DNA of 64,000 bases from Candidatus Poseidoniales archaeon (GTDB lineage: Archaea > Thermoplasmatota > Poseidoniia > Poseidoniales > Poseidoniaceae): contig JAYOBT010000006.1 in the NCBI GenBank assembly GCA_038105035.1, positions 4,704-68,703 of the forward strand, in the 5' to 3' direction. The notes beneath the pieces were generated by a model that worked only from the letters and a program-made list of their open reading frames with translations, ran no database searches and was not told the DNA's origin. Positions within the stretch are counted from its first letter, which is position 1, and every line of letters starts with the position of its first letter. A program made the position numbers and the translations under genes. Below, piece by piece: positions 26,348 through 34,472 of this stretch.

Positions 26348-27693
26348 TGGGCGGAGGAGGCGGCAGCGACGTCAAGAACGCTGTCTGGATGCGTGCTCTG
26401 ATCATGGCAGGTATGATTCTCGGTTTTGCCGTCGTCTCATACGTCGGTCTCGGTGTTGTTGTTGCTGATGTGAAGCACCACACTTGGGAAGACGAAGAAG
26501 CACACTATTACGAGGTCAAGAAAGAGTGGCAAGATGCTGTCGATGCTGGTGAAATTCAAAGCGATGACAAGGATGCTGATCTGTACAAAGCCAAGGAAGA
26601 AGCCCATCATCATGAGATTGATGCGCACCTCTCTTATCTTACATACCGAGTTGCTGGATTGGCAATTCTCTTTGTTGGAATCATCTTCACAGCCTTCCTG
26701 GTCATCAGTGGAATCATGAATTCTTCACGACCAGATGAGCATCACGATGACCATCATGGTCACGATGAGCACGAGCATCATGGTTCGGCTTCGCCGATCA
26801 TCTTCTCGTTCGGTTGTCTGTTGTTCCTTCTCGGATTCCCTGACTTCGCTGACGGCCTGCACGGCCTGATGATGGGAAGCGCCAAGGGTACCATTGCAGA
26901 CCTCTCCGTCTCAATGATCGGATTGACCGTCGTCACGGTTGGTATCGCCAACTGGTGGCGAGAAGACCTCCCGTTCAACGGCTACGGTGAGCAACTCGCA
27001 ACCTCTGATCCATTTGCAGGACAACACATCCGCAAAGCAGGCATCTGGGTCTTCTTGATGTCTGAAGTGATGGTCTTCGCTACCTTCTTCTCATCCTACC
27101 TACGTATGCGTACCGAGTGGTGCACAAAGTGGGCGCTCGATGATGGCAAGTGTACCCTTGCTGAAGGCGAGTCCGTGGTCATGACTGCGTCGGATTATCT
27201 CCGGCCTGGTGGTGCTGCTGGCACAGGTGACTTCTGGACCATGCTACCTGGAGCTGTCAACACCTTTGCGTTGATTATTTCCTCATACACCATTGTCTTG
27301 GCACTCAAGGTTGCCAAGTCGCACGATTACAAAATGCCAGGTGGCTTGCTCGGCAAGATGATGCCAACCAAGAAGGCAGCCATTCGCAACTACCTCATCA
27401 TCACCCTCGCATTGGGTACAATGTTCATTGTTCTCAAGTTGGTTGAGTGGAGCCATCTCATCGCAGAAGGCTTCACCGTCGGAACCGAACAAGGTTCAAT
27501 CTTCTATGTGGCAACTGGTGCACACGGTGTTCACGTCTTCGCTGGATTGTTGGTCATGCTCTACATGGTCTTCAAGGCCGACACGGTTGAGTGGAACGAG
27601 GAGAACGCACAGGGAATCGAATACTTCGGTCTCTACTGGCACTTTGTCGATTTGGCTTGGGTTGTTATCTTCCCAGCCTTCTATCTGTATTGA
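26347..27693 (+). CDS. coxC: heme-copper oxidase subunit III with a ~215-aa N-terminal extension (extra TMs plus a His-rich loop)
   Basis: The ATG at 26347 overlaps the coxA stop (TGATG). The C-terminal ~230 aa match subunit III (GAHGVHVFAGLLVMLYM, YWHFVDLAWVVIFPAFYLY). Confidence 0.85.
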   Translation: MGGGGGSDVKNAVWMRALIMAGMILGFAVVSYVGLGVVVADVKHHTWEDEEAHYYEVKKEWQDAVDAGEIQSDDKDADLYKAKEEAHHHEIDAHLSYLTYRVAGLAILFVGIIFTAFLVISGIMNSSRPDEHHDDHHGHDEHEHHGSASPIIFSFGCLLFLLGFPDFADGLHGLMMGSAKGTIADLSVSMIGLTVVTVGIANWWREDLPFNGYGEQLATSDPFAGQHIRKAGIWVFLMSEVMVFATFFSSYLRMRTEWCTKWALDDGKCTLAEGESVVMTASDYLRPGGAAGTGDFWTMLPGAVNTFALIISSYTIVLALKVAKSHDYKMPGGLLGKMMPTKKAAIRNYLIITLALGTMFIVLKLVEWSHLIAEGFTVGTEQGSIFYVATGAHGVHVFAGLLVMLYMVFKADTVEWNEENAQGIEYFGLYWHFVDLAWVVIFPAFYLY

Positions 27694-27698
27694 GGTGA
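27692..27698 (+). promoter_or_regulatory. Shine-Dalgarno-like GAGGTGA upstream of the coxD-like gene
   Basis: GAGGTGA lies 4 nt upstream of the ATG at 27703 and overlaps the coxC stop. Similar GGAGG/AGGTGG elements precede the SCO1, Sec61-beta, rpoD and rps13 genes. Confidence 0.5.
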
Positions 27699-27702
27699 AA
27701 TT

Positions 27703-28068
27703 ATGGGCGAACACAAGTTGATTATGGGCAAAGACATTTACTTCTGGAACTTCATCGTTTTGATGCTGTTTACACTGTTTGAAGTTGGGGCGGTTTTCTT
27801 TGAAGAGGTTCCTGGAACGGACATTCCAATTTCGCTGACAGCGGTGTGGGCGATCCTCATCGTTGTTGGAATCGTCAAGGGATTCGGCATCGGTGCGTTC
27901 TTCATGCACCTTTGGGACGATCCTCGAATCTACCTTCGAGTAGCCATGTTCCCAACACTCTTCGTCTTGTTGATGCTTTGGGGAATTGGCCTTTCCAACC
28001 CTGAAGGTGTTACTGGGCTTCCTGGATGGTGCACACCAAACTGGGATTCATTAGTGACCGAGCGCTGA
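27703..28068 (+). CDS. small 3-TM oxidase subunit IV-like protein (prokaryotic COX4 family)
   Basis: 121 aa with three hydrophobic helices. The KGFGIGAFFMHLWDD motif resembles the FMHL signature of prokaryotic subunit IV. Its position is between coxC and SCO1. Confidence 0.6.
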   Translation: MGEHKLIMGKDIYFWNFIVLMLFTLFEVGAVFFEEVPGTDIPISLTAVWAILIVVGIVKGFGIGAFFMHLWDDPRIYLRVAMFPTLFVLLMLWGIGLSNPEGVTGLPGWCTPNWDSLVTER

Positions 28069-28077
28069 GGGGGACTA

Positions 28078-29604
28078 ATGCGAACCATCGCTGTCTTCAT
28101 CACCGGATTGCTGTTGTCGGTCGTTCTTGCTGGAGCACCTGTATCTGCCTACAACGGCATTCAGTTGAGTTATGCCAGTGTGGGCAATTTCACATTGGTC
28201 GATCAAAACAATTCTGAATACAAGCTATCGGATGCAACAGAAGAAATCGTGGTCGTCTCGTTCTTCTTCACACGCTGTCCTGACGTATGTCCGGTCATCA
28301 CCCAGAATCTCAAATTGGTTCATGATACGCTTCCAGAAGAACTTGAAGACAATGTGGGCTTCGTTGCCATCACCCTCGATCCAAAGTACGACACACCTGA
28401 AGTTCTGACCGACTACATGGATCGACACGGCGTTGATTGGCCTCACCTTACAGGCCCGACCGAGGATGTCAAGGACGTTTGGTCACGCTTCGCTATCTAT
28501 GCTGAGGAATACATCACCGATGCACACGATGACAACGTCAGCGACATGGAAGGTCAAGTTCATGATTCCAGCGTCGTTTATGTTCGACCTGATGGTACTG
28601 CTGAGGAACTGATGTTCCTTCCGACGGGCATGACCATGACCTCTGCAGCGGCTGCAGAAGCAGGTTGGTCGCTCAATACATCAGACACACAATACGGTAC
28701 GATGATCAACGGAATCGAAGGCTACGACTCACCAGCAGACTGGAGTTGGTGGTGGAGTCTCAAATTGTTTGATGAGGCAACACAACGTTGGGAAGATTCT
28801 CCTGTTGGTGTTGATTCCGTGAACGCACTTGAAGAAACGCACCTTGCATGGTATGCGACCAACGCTAACATCAGTCTCCTCGAACCACCAATGGGCGACA
28901 CACCGAGCGTTCAAGTCGTCTTCCCAGACAATACGACCTCCTTCACGAATGTTTCCACATTCACTGGTTACCACCTCACACAAGGTGCCTTTGATGGCGC
29001 TGAAATCGACGTTGATGTTCAGGACAGTCAGTTTGGCCACTTCCTGAACAGCATCGACAATGTTTCCGCTCCAGCCGACTGGAGTTGGTACTGGGAACTT
29101 CATACATGGAACGACACCTCAGCACAGTGGGAAGACTCCATGGTCGGCATGGATGGAATCGATGATCCGATGGCCATCGCTTGGGCTTCCAACAACACGA
29201 GCAACGATGCCATACCACTCCCAGGCTTTGCTGTCGTTGAAGACAGTGAGTGCAACGGACATGGTTGGGTCATGGGATCGGGAAGCAGGGCGCACTGCAT
29301 GTGCGACGCTGGCTACGAATGGGCCGAAGACGACATGCTCACATGCATCCCTGTTGAATCTGAACCAGAATACACTGTTGGGCATTTTGCCTACACCTAC
29401 ATTCTCGATGAGGACAAGAAACCTCGTGTCCGATACGTCGACGATTCATGGCTCGCTTCTGATTTCGTTGAGGATGTTGTCGAACTCGCTGAGCGAGAAG
29501 GCATCATCTCAAATGAATCGGAAGGCATCCCTTCGATTGGACTCCTTGTCTCCGTCGCAGTCGTCTCAATGGCTGCGATTTCTCTGCGATCAAAATCTGA
29601 GTAA
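28078..29604 (+). CDS. SCO1/SenC copper chaperone fused to two W-rich (DUF4430-like) modules, an EGF-like Cys module and a C-terminal TM anchor
   Basis: VVVSFFFTRCPDVCPVITQNL (CxxxC) and QVHDSSVVYVRPDG (conserved His) define the SCO domain. This is followed by the repeats ..SPADWSWWWSLKLFDEATQRWEDSPVGVDS.. and ..APADWSWYWELHTWNDTSAQWEDSMVGMDG... Then comes CNGHGWVMGSGSRAHCMCDAGYEWAEDDMLTC and the TM IGLLVSVAVVSMAAI. Confidence 0.8.
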   Translation: MRTIAVFITGLLLSVVLAGAPVSAYNGIQLSYASVGNFTLVDQNNSEYKLSDATEEIVVVSFFFTRCPDVCPVITQNLKLVHDTLPEELEDNVGFVAITLDPKYDTPEVLTDYMDRHGVDWPHLTGPTEDVKDVWSRFAIYAEEYITDAHDDNVSDMEGQVHDSSVVYVRPDGTAEELMFLPTGMTMTSAAAAEAGWSLNTSDTQYGTMINGIEGYDSPADWSWWWSLKLFDEATQRWEDSPVGVDSVNALEETHLAWYATNANISLLEPPMGDTPSVQVVFPDNTTSFTNVSTFTGYHLTQGAFDGAEIDVDVQDSQFGHFLNSIDNVSAPADWSWYWELHTWNDTSAQWEDSMVGMDGIDDPMAIAWASNNTSNDAIPLPGFAVVEDSECNGHGWVMGSGSRAHCMCDAGYEWAEDDMLTCIPVESEPEYTVGHFAYTYILDEDKKPRVRYVDDSWLASDFVEDVVELAEREGIISNESEGIPSIGLLVSVAVVSMAAISLRSKSE

Positions 29605-29648
29605 TCGAGCGAAAAGAGTTTGATAGAGGGCGTTGTCGCAAAAGCACT

Positions 29649-29733
29649 GCGGAGGTCGCATAGCCAGGTATTGCGCCGGATTTGAAATCCGGTGTCTTAT
29701 GACTCGGGGGTTCAAATCCCTCTCTCCGCGCCA
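29649..29733 (+). tRNA. tRNA-Ser (anticodon UGA), class II with a long variable arm, CCA encoded
   Basis: Manual fold. Acceptor stem GCGGAGG/TCTCCGC. Anticodon stem CCGGA/TCCGG with loop TT-TGA-AA. Variable arm GTC-TTAT-GAC. T-arm GGGGG-TTCAAAT-CCCTC. Discriminator G plus CCA. Confidence 0.85.
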
Positions 29734-29781
29734 TCCATTTCAAGAGAAGCATTCACAAACTCTAGGACCTCTCAACCGGAT

Positions 29782-31245
29782 ATGGGCCGAGTGTTGCTAG
29801 GCATTCTTCTTGCATCCACCATTCTTCTCGCTGGTTGTCTTGCACCCGTTTCACCCGATTGGGGGAGCGACATTTCCGTTGAACGAAACGGCGATGGTTC
29901 CTTCACGTTCACATCTTCAATGGCCGGTCAAACCGTGAATTCACAATACGATGAGCGCGGTTGTACCGATGGAACTGTGAATGCGGATCAAACTGGAAAA
30001 ATCAAATTCGAAGGATACATGAGTGCGAGCCAAATTTACGAGTCGCACGATTCTGAACTGTTGAACGAAGATGTGGCTTTTGCTACTGCTGCAGCGATTG
30101 CCGTTCACTCCATGCCGTTCGCTGATGCAAAGAATCTCCAATCGGGAGAAGGAGAGCGGGTCGAAGTGAAGGATTGGACCGATCCTGTCGGCCCAAAGAC
30201 TGGAGCAGGTACAGCAAACCTTGAGAAAATCGATAGTGAATCGGACAGCAAGTGGTTCGTTCTTGGATTGATTCCAGCTTCTGAGAACATCAATGATGGT
30301 GTTGCTGCACTCGGAAAATACCACCAACCAGTCCGTATCACAGGATATCTTGTCGAGAGCACAAATGGTGGGTCTCCTGTGGGAGGCATCTGGAGCGGTC
30401 CAAATGACGTCCAGGTATCACAAGATTGTGTTGCACGAACTGGAAATCAAAACATTGCTCAGGTCTATGTCCTTGTCACAAAGATCGAACTCGCCGACAG
30501 CGTTGTTAGCCTTGACGGTGAACATGAAGATGAGTACACCTTTGGTGATGTATCGATGCTCGGTCGTACAGGATTCATTCTCTTCTTGCTCGTTGTCGGT
30601 GCAGGTGGTGCAGTTGGTGCCTACATGTATTCCTCACTTCGACTCAGAATGAGTGCTCGAAGTGTCGCTCTTACCCTCCTTGGCAAAGAGGGTGTCGAAA
30701 AGGCGGCTCAAGTTCGTAAGGACGTCAAAGATGCGAAGCGCTCTGGAATGACAACACCTGATGAGCGACGGGCTGAACAACGCAAACAAAGCAAACCTAC
30801 TGAGACCCCTAAGAAGTCGAAAAAGAACGAAGACGATGGATTCGGTTCCTTCTCAATCGATAGTGCACTTGGAAGCGCTAGTTCATCACCTTCACGCTCA
30901 GAATTCGGTTCTGGAAGTTCTGTCGTTGCCTCTGATGATGCGAATCGCGTCGAGAAACAAATCAAAGACAGCGAACCTTTCGTCCCCCCATCCTCAACCT
31001 TTGGTGGAGGCGCTCCTGTCTCAAGTTCCTCTCCCTCTGCACCGACATCAGTGCCTTCATCCAGCGCTCGGTCCTCAGAGCCAGCGAAGACCTCTGAACC
31101 TGCTGACAAACCAAAGCCTCGACGTCGTAGAGCTGTTCGAAAGCAGGCCGAGCCCGAACCTGAGCCTGAAGCAGAACCAGAACCTCAACGACAGAAAGAG
31201 TTCTGGAACGATGATGAAGAAGAGTTCTCGGACTTCAGTTTCTAA
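29782..31245 (+). CDS. lipoprotein-like membrane protein with a ~190-aa disordered S/P/K/E-rich cytoplasmic tail
   Basis: Start set at the ATG at 29782, because the track start lies inside the tRNA. MGRVLLGILLASTILLAGC has a lipobox-like LAGC. The TM is GFILFLLVVGAGGAVGAYMY. The tail ends in EFWNDDEEEFSDFSF. Confidence 0.6.
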   Translation: MGRVLLGILLASTILLAGCLAPVSPDWGSDISVERNGDGSFTFTSSMAGQTVNSQYDERGCTDGTVNADQTGKIKFEGYMSASQIYESHDSELLNEDVAFATAAAIAVHSMPFADAKNLQSGEGERVEVKDWTDPVGPKTGAGTANLEKIDSESDSKWFVLGLIPASENINDGVAALGKYHQPVRITGYLVESTNGGSPVGGIWSGPNDVQVSQDCVARTGNQNIAQVYVLVTKIELADSVVSLDGEHEDEYTFGDVSMLGRTGFILFLLVVGAGGAVGAYMYSSLRLRMSARSVALTLLGKEGVEKAAQVRKDVKDAKRSGMTTPDERRAEQRKQSKPTETPKKSKKNEDDGFGSFSIDSALGSASSSPSRSEFGSGSSVVASDDANRVEKQIKDSEPFVPPSSTFGGGAPVSSSSPSAPTSVPSSSARSSEPAKTSEPADKPKPRRRRAVRKQAEPEPEPEAEPEPQRQKEFWNDDEEEFSDFSF

Positions 31246-32279
31246 GCCCAAGAGACGTCCTTTGCGCCTCTGAAGATGATTTGATCCTGATGCCACTCCA
31301 ATGTTGCAGGTAGTTGCAACAACGGTTCACCATCGGCTTGGATAAACGTTGGATGTCCAACTGGAGCATCCGAAGGTTTCCCATCCTTGTCAACAGGTCG
31401 AAGCGAAACACGATTGACATCGATTTGTTCGATGCCCCACTTACCAACGTGCTTTCCTTTCTTGACCGGGCCCATGAGTGAGAGCATTTGCAAGCGACTC
31501 AGACGATAGGCGAGGACGATGGAGCCATCCTTACGGGTTGGATACATGTTGGGAACAACGCGATAGCCTCCGCCAAAGGTCTCTCCTGTCGTCACCGTCA
31601 TCATAGTCAAATCGTGAATCGTTGGCTCGGCATCATCCAAAGTCATCTCGACCTTTCTACGTGGCCAGAACGGAATGGTTGTTACACCGAGATAGGTGTA
31701 CTTCTTCGGACCTTTGATCCATTTTGCTCGACGGAGTTTGGCTCGACTGATGGCCGAGGTAATACCTGCATCGGACTCAAGGAAGACCCATCGGACGGTC
31801 CGACCTTCGTGCTTCACTTCCCCATCCCAAGCGTTGGAAGGTGGACTCGGATACCCATCGAGTGTGGGTGCTGCAACACCTTCGAGTCGCCAAGCTCCAC
31901 AACTTCGATCCACACCATCCGCGAGAATGTCGAGTGCTGCGTTGAGATTGTTTCGTGGAATACCATGGGTAATGCAACAATCGTTTCCTGAACCAAAAGG
32001 AATCTGTCCTAATGGAATCGGTGATCCCCGAAGGCCAGATGCAACTTCGTGGACGATGCCATCGCCTCCGACGGCGACAACAAGTGGTGATTCCTCCCCA
32101 CTGGCTTCAATTTCAATACGAATCTGATGAGCAAGTTCAGCACCATGACCTATGCGTTCGGTCATGTGTTCAACGACATCAAATCCACGCTCAATCAATC
32201 GTTTTTTGATGCCTGGCCAAGCCTTACCACAACGAAAGTCCCGACTTGCAGGATTGATGATAAAATGTGCTTTGACCAT
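31242..32279 (-). CDS. diacylglycerol kinase catalytic-domain (YegS/LCB5-like) lipid kinase
   Basis: FIINPASR..., ...LVVAVGGDGIVHEV..., ...IPFGSGND... are the DAGK_cat motifs. Confidence 0.75.
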   Translation of the reverse strand: MVKAHFIINPASRDFRCGKAWPGIKKRLIERGFDVVEHMTERIGHGAELAHQIRIEIEASGEESPLVVAVGGDGIVHEVASGLRGSPIPLGQIPFGSGNDCCITHGIPRNNLNAALDILADGVDRSCGAWRLEGVAAPTLDGYPSPPSNAWDGEVKHEGRTVRWVFLESDAGITSAISRAKLRRAKWIKGPKKYTYLGVTTIPFWPRRKVEMTLDDAEPTIHDLTMMTVTTGETFGGGYRVVPNMYPTRKDGSIVLAYRLSRLQMLSLMGPVKKGKHVGKWGIEQIDVNRVSLRPVDKDGKPSDAPVGHPTFIQADGEPLLQLPATLEWHQDQIIFRGAKDVSWA

Positions 32280-32374
32280 ACGGTTTGCTGATTCTTACAC
32301 GGTTTCAATGTATCCATGGATGAACGAACAGACTCATCAACTCGATACCTTTCGGAATCGTTGAGGACCCCTCG

Positions 32375-33397
32375 ATGTGGACTGAGGAAGACGAGGCATT
32401 CATGCAACGTGCGTTGGACGTTGCTGAGCGTGGCCGCGGTCGCGTCGCTCCCAATCCGTTGGTAGGATGCGTTCTCGTCAAGGATGGTGAAGTCATTGCG
32501 GAAGGATGGCACGACCACCTTGGAGGCCTCCATGCTGAACAGATGGCCATCCATGATGCTGAATCAAAAGGAAAGTCCCCGAATGGTGCAACGGCTTACG
32601 TTACGTTGGAACCGTGCAATCACTATGGTAGGACTCCTCCTTGCACCGAAGCACTGCTTTGGTCTGGCGTCAAACACGTGATCGTTGCCCATCCAGATCC
32701 AAACCCAACCGTTCGTGGGAAAGGCTTCCAAGTGCTCGAAGATGCTGGAATTTCAGTTCAATCAGGACTTCTCGAACACCGTGCTGCTGAGCAAATGAAG
32801 CCGTTCTTGCACTGGTGCGAACATCGCCGACCAATGGTCACGGTCAAACTCGCAGTCGATGCGAACGGGTCGGTGGATGATCGTAGCGAAGAAGCACAAC
32901 GTTTCACCAGTGAGGCATGTCTCGATGAAGTTCATCGCTTGAGAAAGGATTGCGATGCTATCCTCGTCGGAGCTGAAACGATTGAACGCGACAATCCTTC
33001 ACTCACCGTTCGTCGGATTGAGACAGAACGTCAACCGCTTCGGATCATCCTCGACCCACAAGAACGAACCAATCGAGAAGCCATCGTTTACACGGATGGT
33101 CACGAAACTGTGCAAATCGGAGCAGATTACAACGGCTTGCTTCCTCTACTCAACCGCTTAGGAGATATGGAAAAGCAACGACTGCTCATCGAAGGAGGTC
33201 CTACGACCATCCATTCCTTCCTCATGGAAGGGTTGGTAGATGAATTCTATCTGGTTCAAAGCAAGGTTGTACATCAGGAACCTGTCCAATCCAACATCGA
33301 TCAAGACGTGTTAAGTCAGGCAGGATTGTCACTGCATCGAACTGAAACATGGGGCGAAGAGTCGGTTCAAGTTTGGTTGCGAAAGGCTTCGCAGTGA
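32375..33397 (+). CDS. ribD: bifunctional riboflavin biosynthesis protein RibD (pyrimidine deaminase plus reductase)
   Basis: HAEQMAI and TLEPCNHYGRTPPC are the CDA zinc motifs. The C-terminal RibD_C reductase domain shows VTVKLAVDANG..., ...ILVGAETIERDNPSLTVR..., ...LLIEGGPTT. Confidence 0.9.
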   Translation: MWTEEDEAFMQRALDVAERGRGRVAPNPLVGCVLVKDGEVIAEGWHDHLGGLHAEQMAIHDAESKGKSPNGATAYVTLEPCNHYGRTPPCTEALLWSGVKHVIVAHPDPNPTVRGKGFQVLEDAGISVQSGLLEHRAAEQMKPFLHWCEHRRPMVTVKLAVDANGSVDDRSEEAQRFTSEACLDEVHRLRKDCDAILVGAETIERDNPSLTVRRIETERQPLRIILDPQERTNREAIVYTDGHETVQIGADYNGLLPLLNRLGDMEKQRLLIEGGPTTIHSFLMEGLVDEFYLVQSKVVHQEPVQSNIDQDVLSQAGLSLHRTETWGEESVQVWLRKASQ

Positions 33398-33410
33398 TGT
33401 GAAGATTGAG

Positions 33411-33484
33411 CGGGCGATGCAGGATTCGAACCCACGTCTCCGGCTCCGAAGGCCGGAAGGATATCCAGACTACCCTAATCGCCC
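33411..33484 (-). tRNA. tRNA-Arg (anticodon UCG)
   Basis: Reverse complement GGGCGATTAGGGTAGTCTGGATATCCTTCCGGCCTTCGGAGCCGGAGACGTGGGTTCGAATCCTGCATCGCCCG. Acceptor stem GGGCGAT/ATCGCCC. Anticodon stem CCGGC/GCCGG with loop CT-TCG-GA. T-loop TTCGAAT. No encoded CCA. Confidence 0.85.
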
Positions 33485-33542
33485 AACCCATCCGAGTTGG
33501 CTCCCCTTTTTGAAGGAGTTGGCTCTGTCGATTCTGAGAACC

Positions 33543-33959
33543 TCACCAACCGCCTTCGAATACGATGAGCAAGAAGATTATTGGCGCAATATAGAGTGCT
33601 AACGTAATGTAGCCAAGGGTCAAACCGATGATACCCTGCGCACGGCCAATACCGATTTGCTTGCCTCTTGCAGCTCCAATGTGACCGAAGATGATGCCAA
33701 GAAGACCAAACAACCAGCCAACGAGGCATGTGAGGCCTTCAACGAATGGACCCGCTATGGTGAGTGCAATCCCTGTAATTCCGAGAGTAAGACCTGAGTT
33801 TGCCATCCCATTCGATATTGGACTTTGTTGTAGGATGATTTGGTTGTTTGGAAGGGCGTTGATTTGACCAGCCAGGGTTGACTGGGAAGGTGCGGATTCC
33901 TGAACCTGCGCCGTTTGGATAACAACCGATTTAGGTTGCTTCTGCTCGCCATTCGTCAT
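33543..33959 (-). CDS. DUF4190-like small membrane protein (138 aa), paralog 1
   Basis: Q/S-rich N-terminus, then TM helices with the GLLGIIFGHIGAARGKQIGIGRAQGIIGLTLGYITL pattern typical of DUF4190. Confidence 0.65.
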   Translation of the reverse strand: MTNGEQKQPKSVVIQTAQVQESAPSQSTLAGQINALPNNQIILQQSPISNGMANSGLTLGITGIALTIAGPFVEGLTCLVGWLFGLLGIIFGHIGAARGKQIGIGRAQGIIGLTLGYITLALYIAPIIFLLIVFEGGW

Positions 33960-34018
33960 GATGGGAAGTCAACTTCCTCAGTAATCAAGATGTTCCCGTC
34001 AAACATTTCGAACTCGGT

Positions 34019-34435
34019 CTAAATCGACGCACCGGCTCCAATCGATCCGAGCAGAAGGAAAGGGAGAAGATAGCCAGCAAGTGTCAGGTATCCAAGAACC
34101 AAACCAGCCACACCTTGGCCTCCGCCAACACCGGTCTTGCTTCCTTGTGAAGCCCCAATGTGTCCGAAGATAACAGCGAGAAGAGCGAACAACCAACTGA
34201 CCAAGAAGAAGAAACACAAGAACGGAATAAATCCGAGAAGGAAGGTTGTAATGGCGAGAATTCCCATCACCAATCCAGTTGTTGCAGCACCGTTACCGCT
34301 GTTTTGAGCGACCATGATGTTCTGAGCCATCATCGGTTGTGCTTGCCCATAGAGCATCGGTTGAACGGGTTGCGACATGGGCATGGTCTGAATCGGAATA
34401 GATGCAGGTTGCCCATTCGGCTGCTGCGGTTGCAT
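34019..34435 (-). CDS. DUF4190-like small membrane protein (138 aa), paralog 2
   Basis: Start set at the ATG at 34435 (MQPQQPNGQP...), because the track start overlaps pckA. Q/P/M-rich N-terminus. ALLAVIFGHIGASQGSKTGVGGGQGVAGLVLGYLTL parallels paralog 1. Confidence 0.65.
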   Translation of the reverse strand: MQPQQPNGQPASIPIQTMPMSQPVQPMLYGQAQPMMAQNIMVAQNSGNGAATTGLVMGILAITTFLLGFIPFLCFFFLVSWLFALLAVIFGHIGASQGSKTGVGGGQGVAGLVLGYLTLAGYLLPFLLLGSIGAGASI

Positions 34436-34472
34436 GCTTGATGCTATGCATCTCGGATATTCAAGATGACGG

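Noticed and set aside
29504-29752. 82-aa minus ORF and the 5' part of the 517-aa plus ORF overlapping tRNA-Ser
   Set aside because: The region folds into a complete class II tRNA. The downstream protein has a much better start at 29782 that yields a signal peptide.
33222-33602. ORFs 33222-33491 (-) and 33399-33602 (+) across tRNA-Arg
   Set aside because: They overlap a well-formed tRNA and the end of ribD. Their translations have no features.
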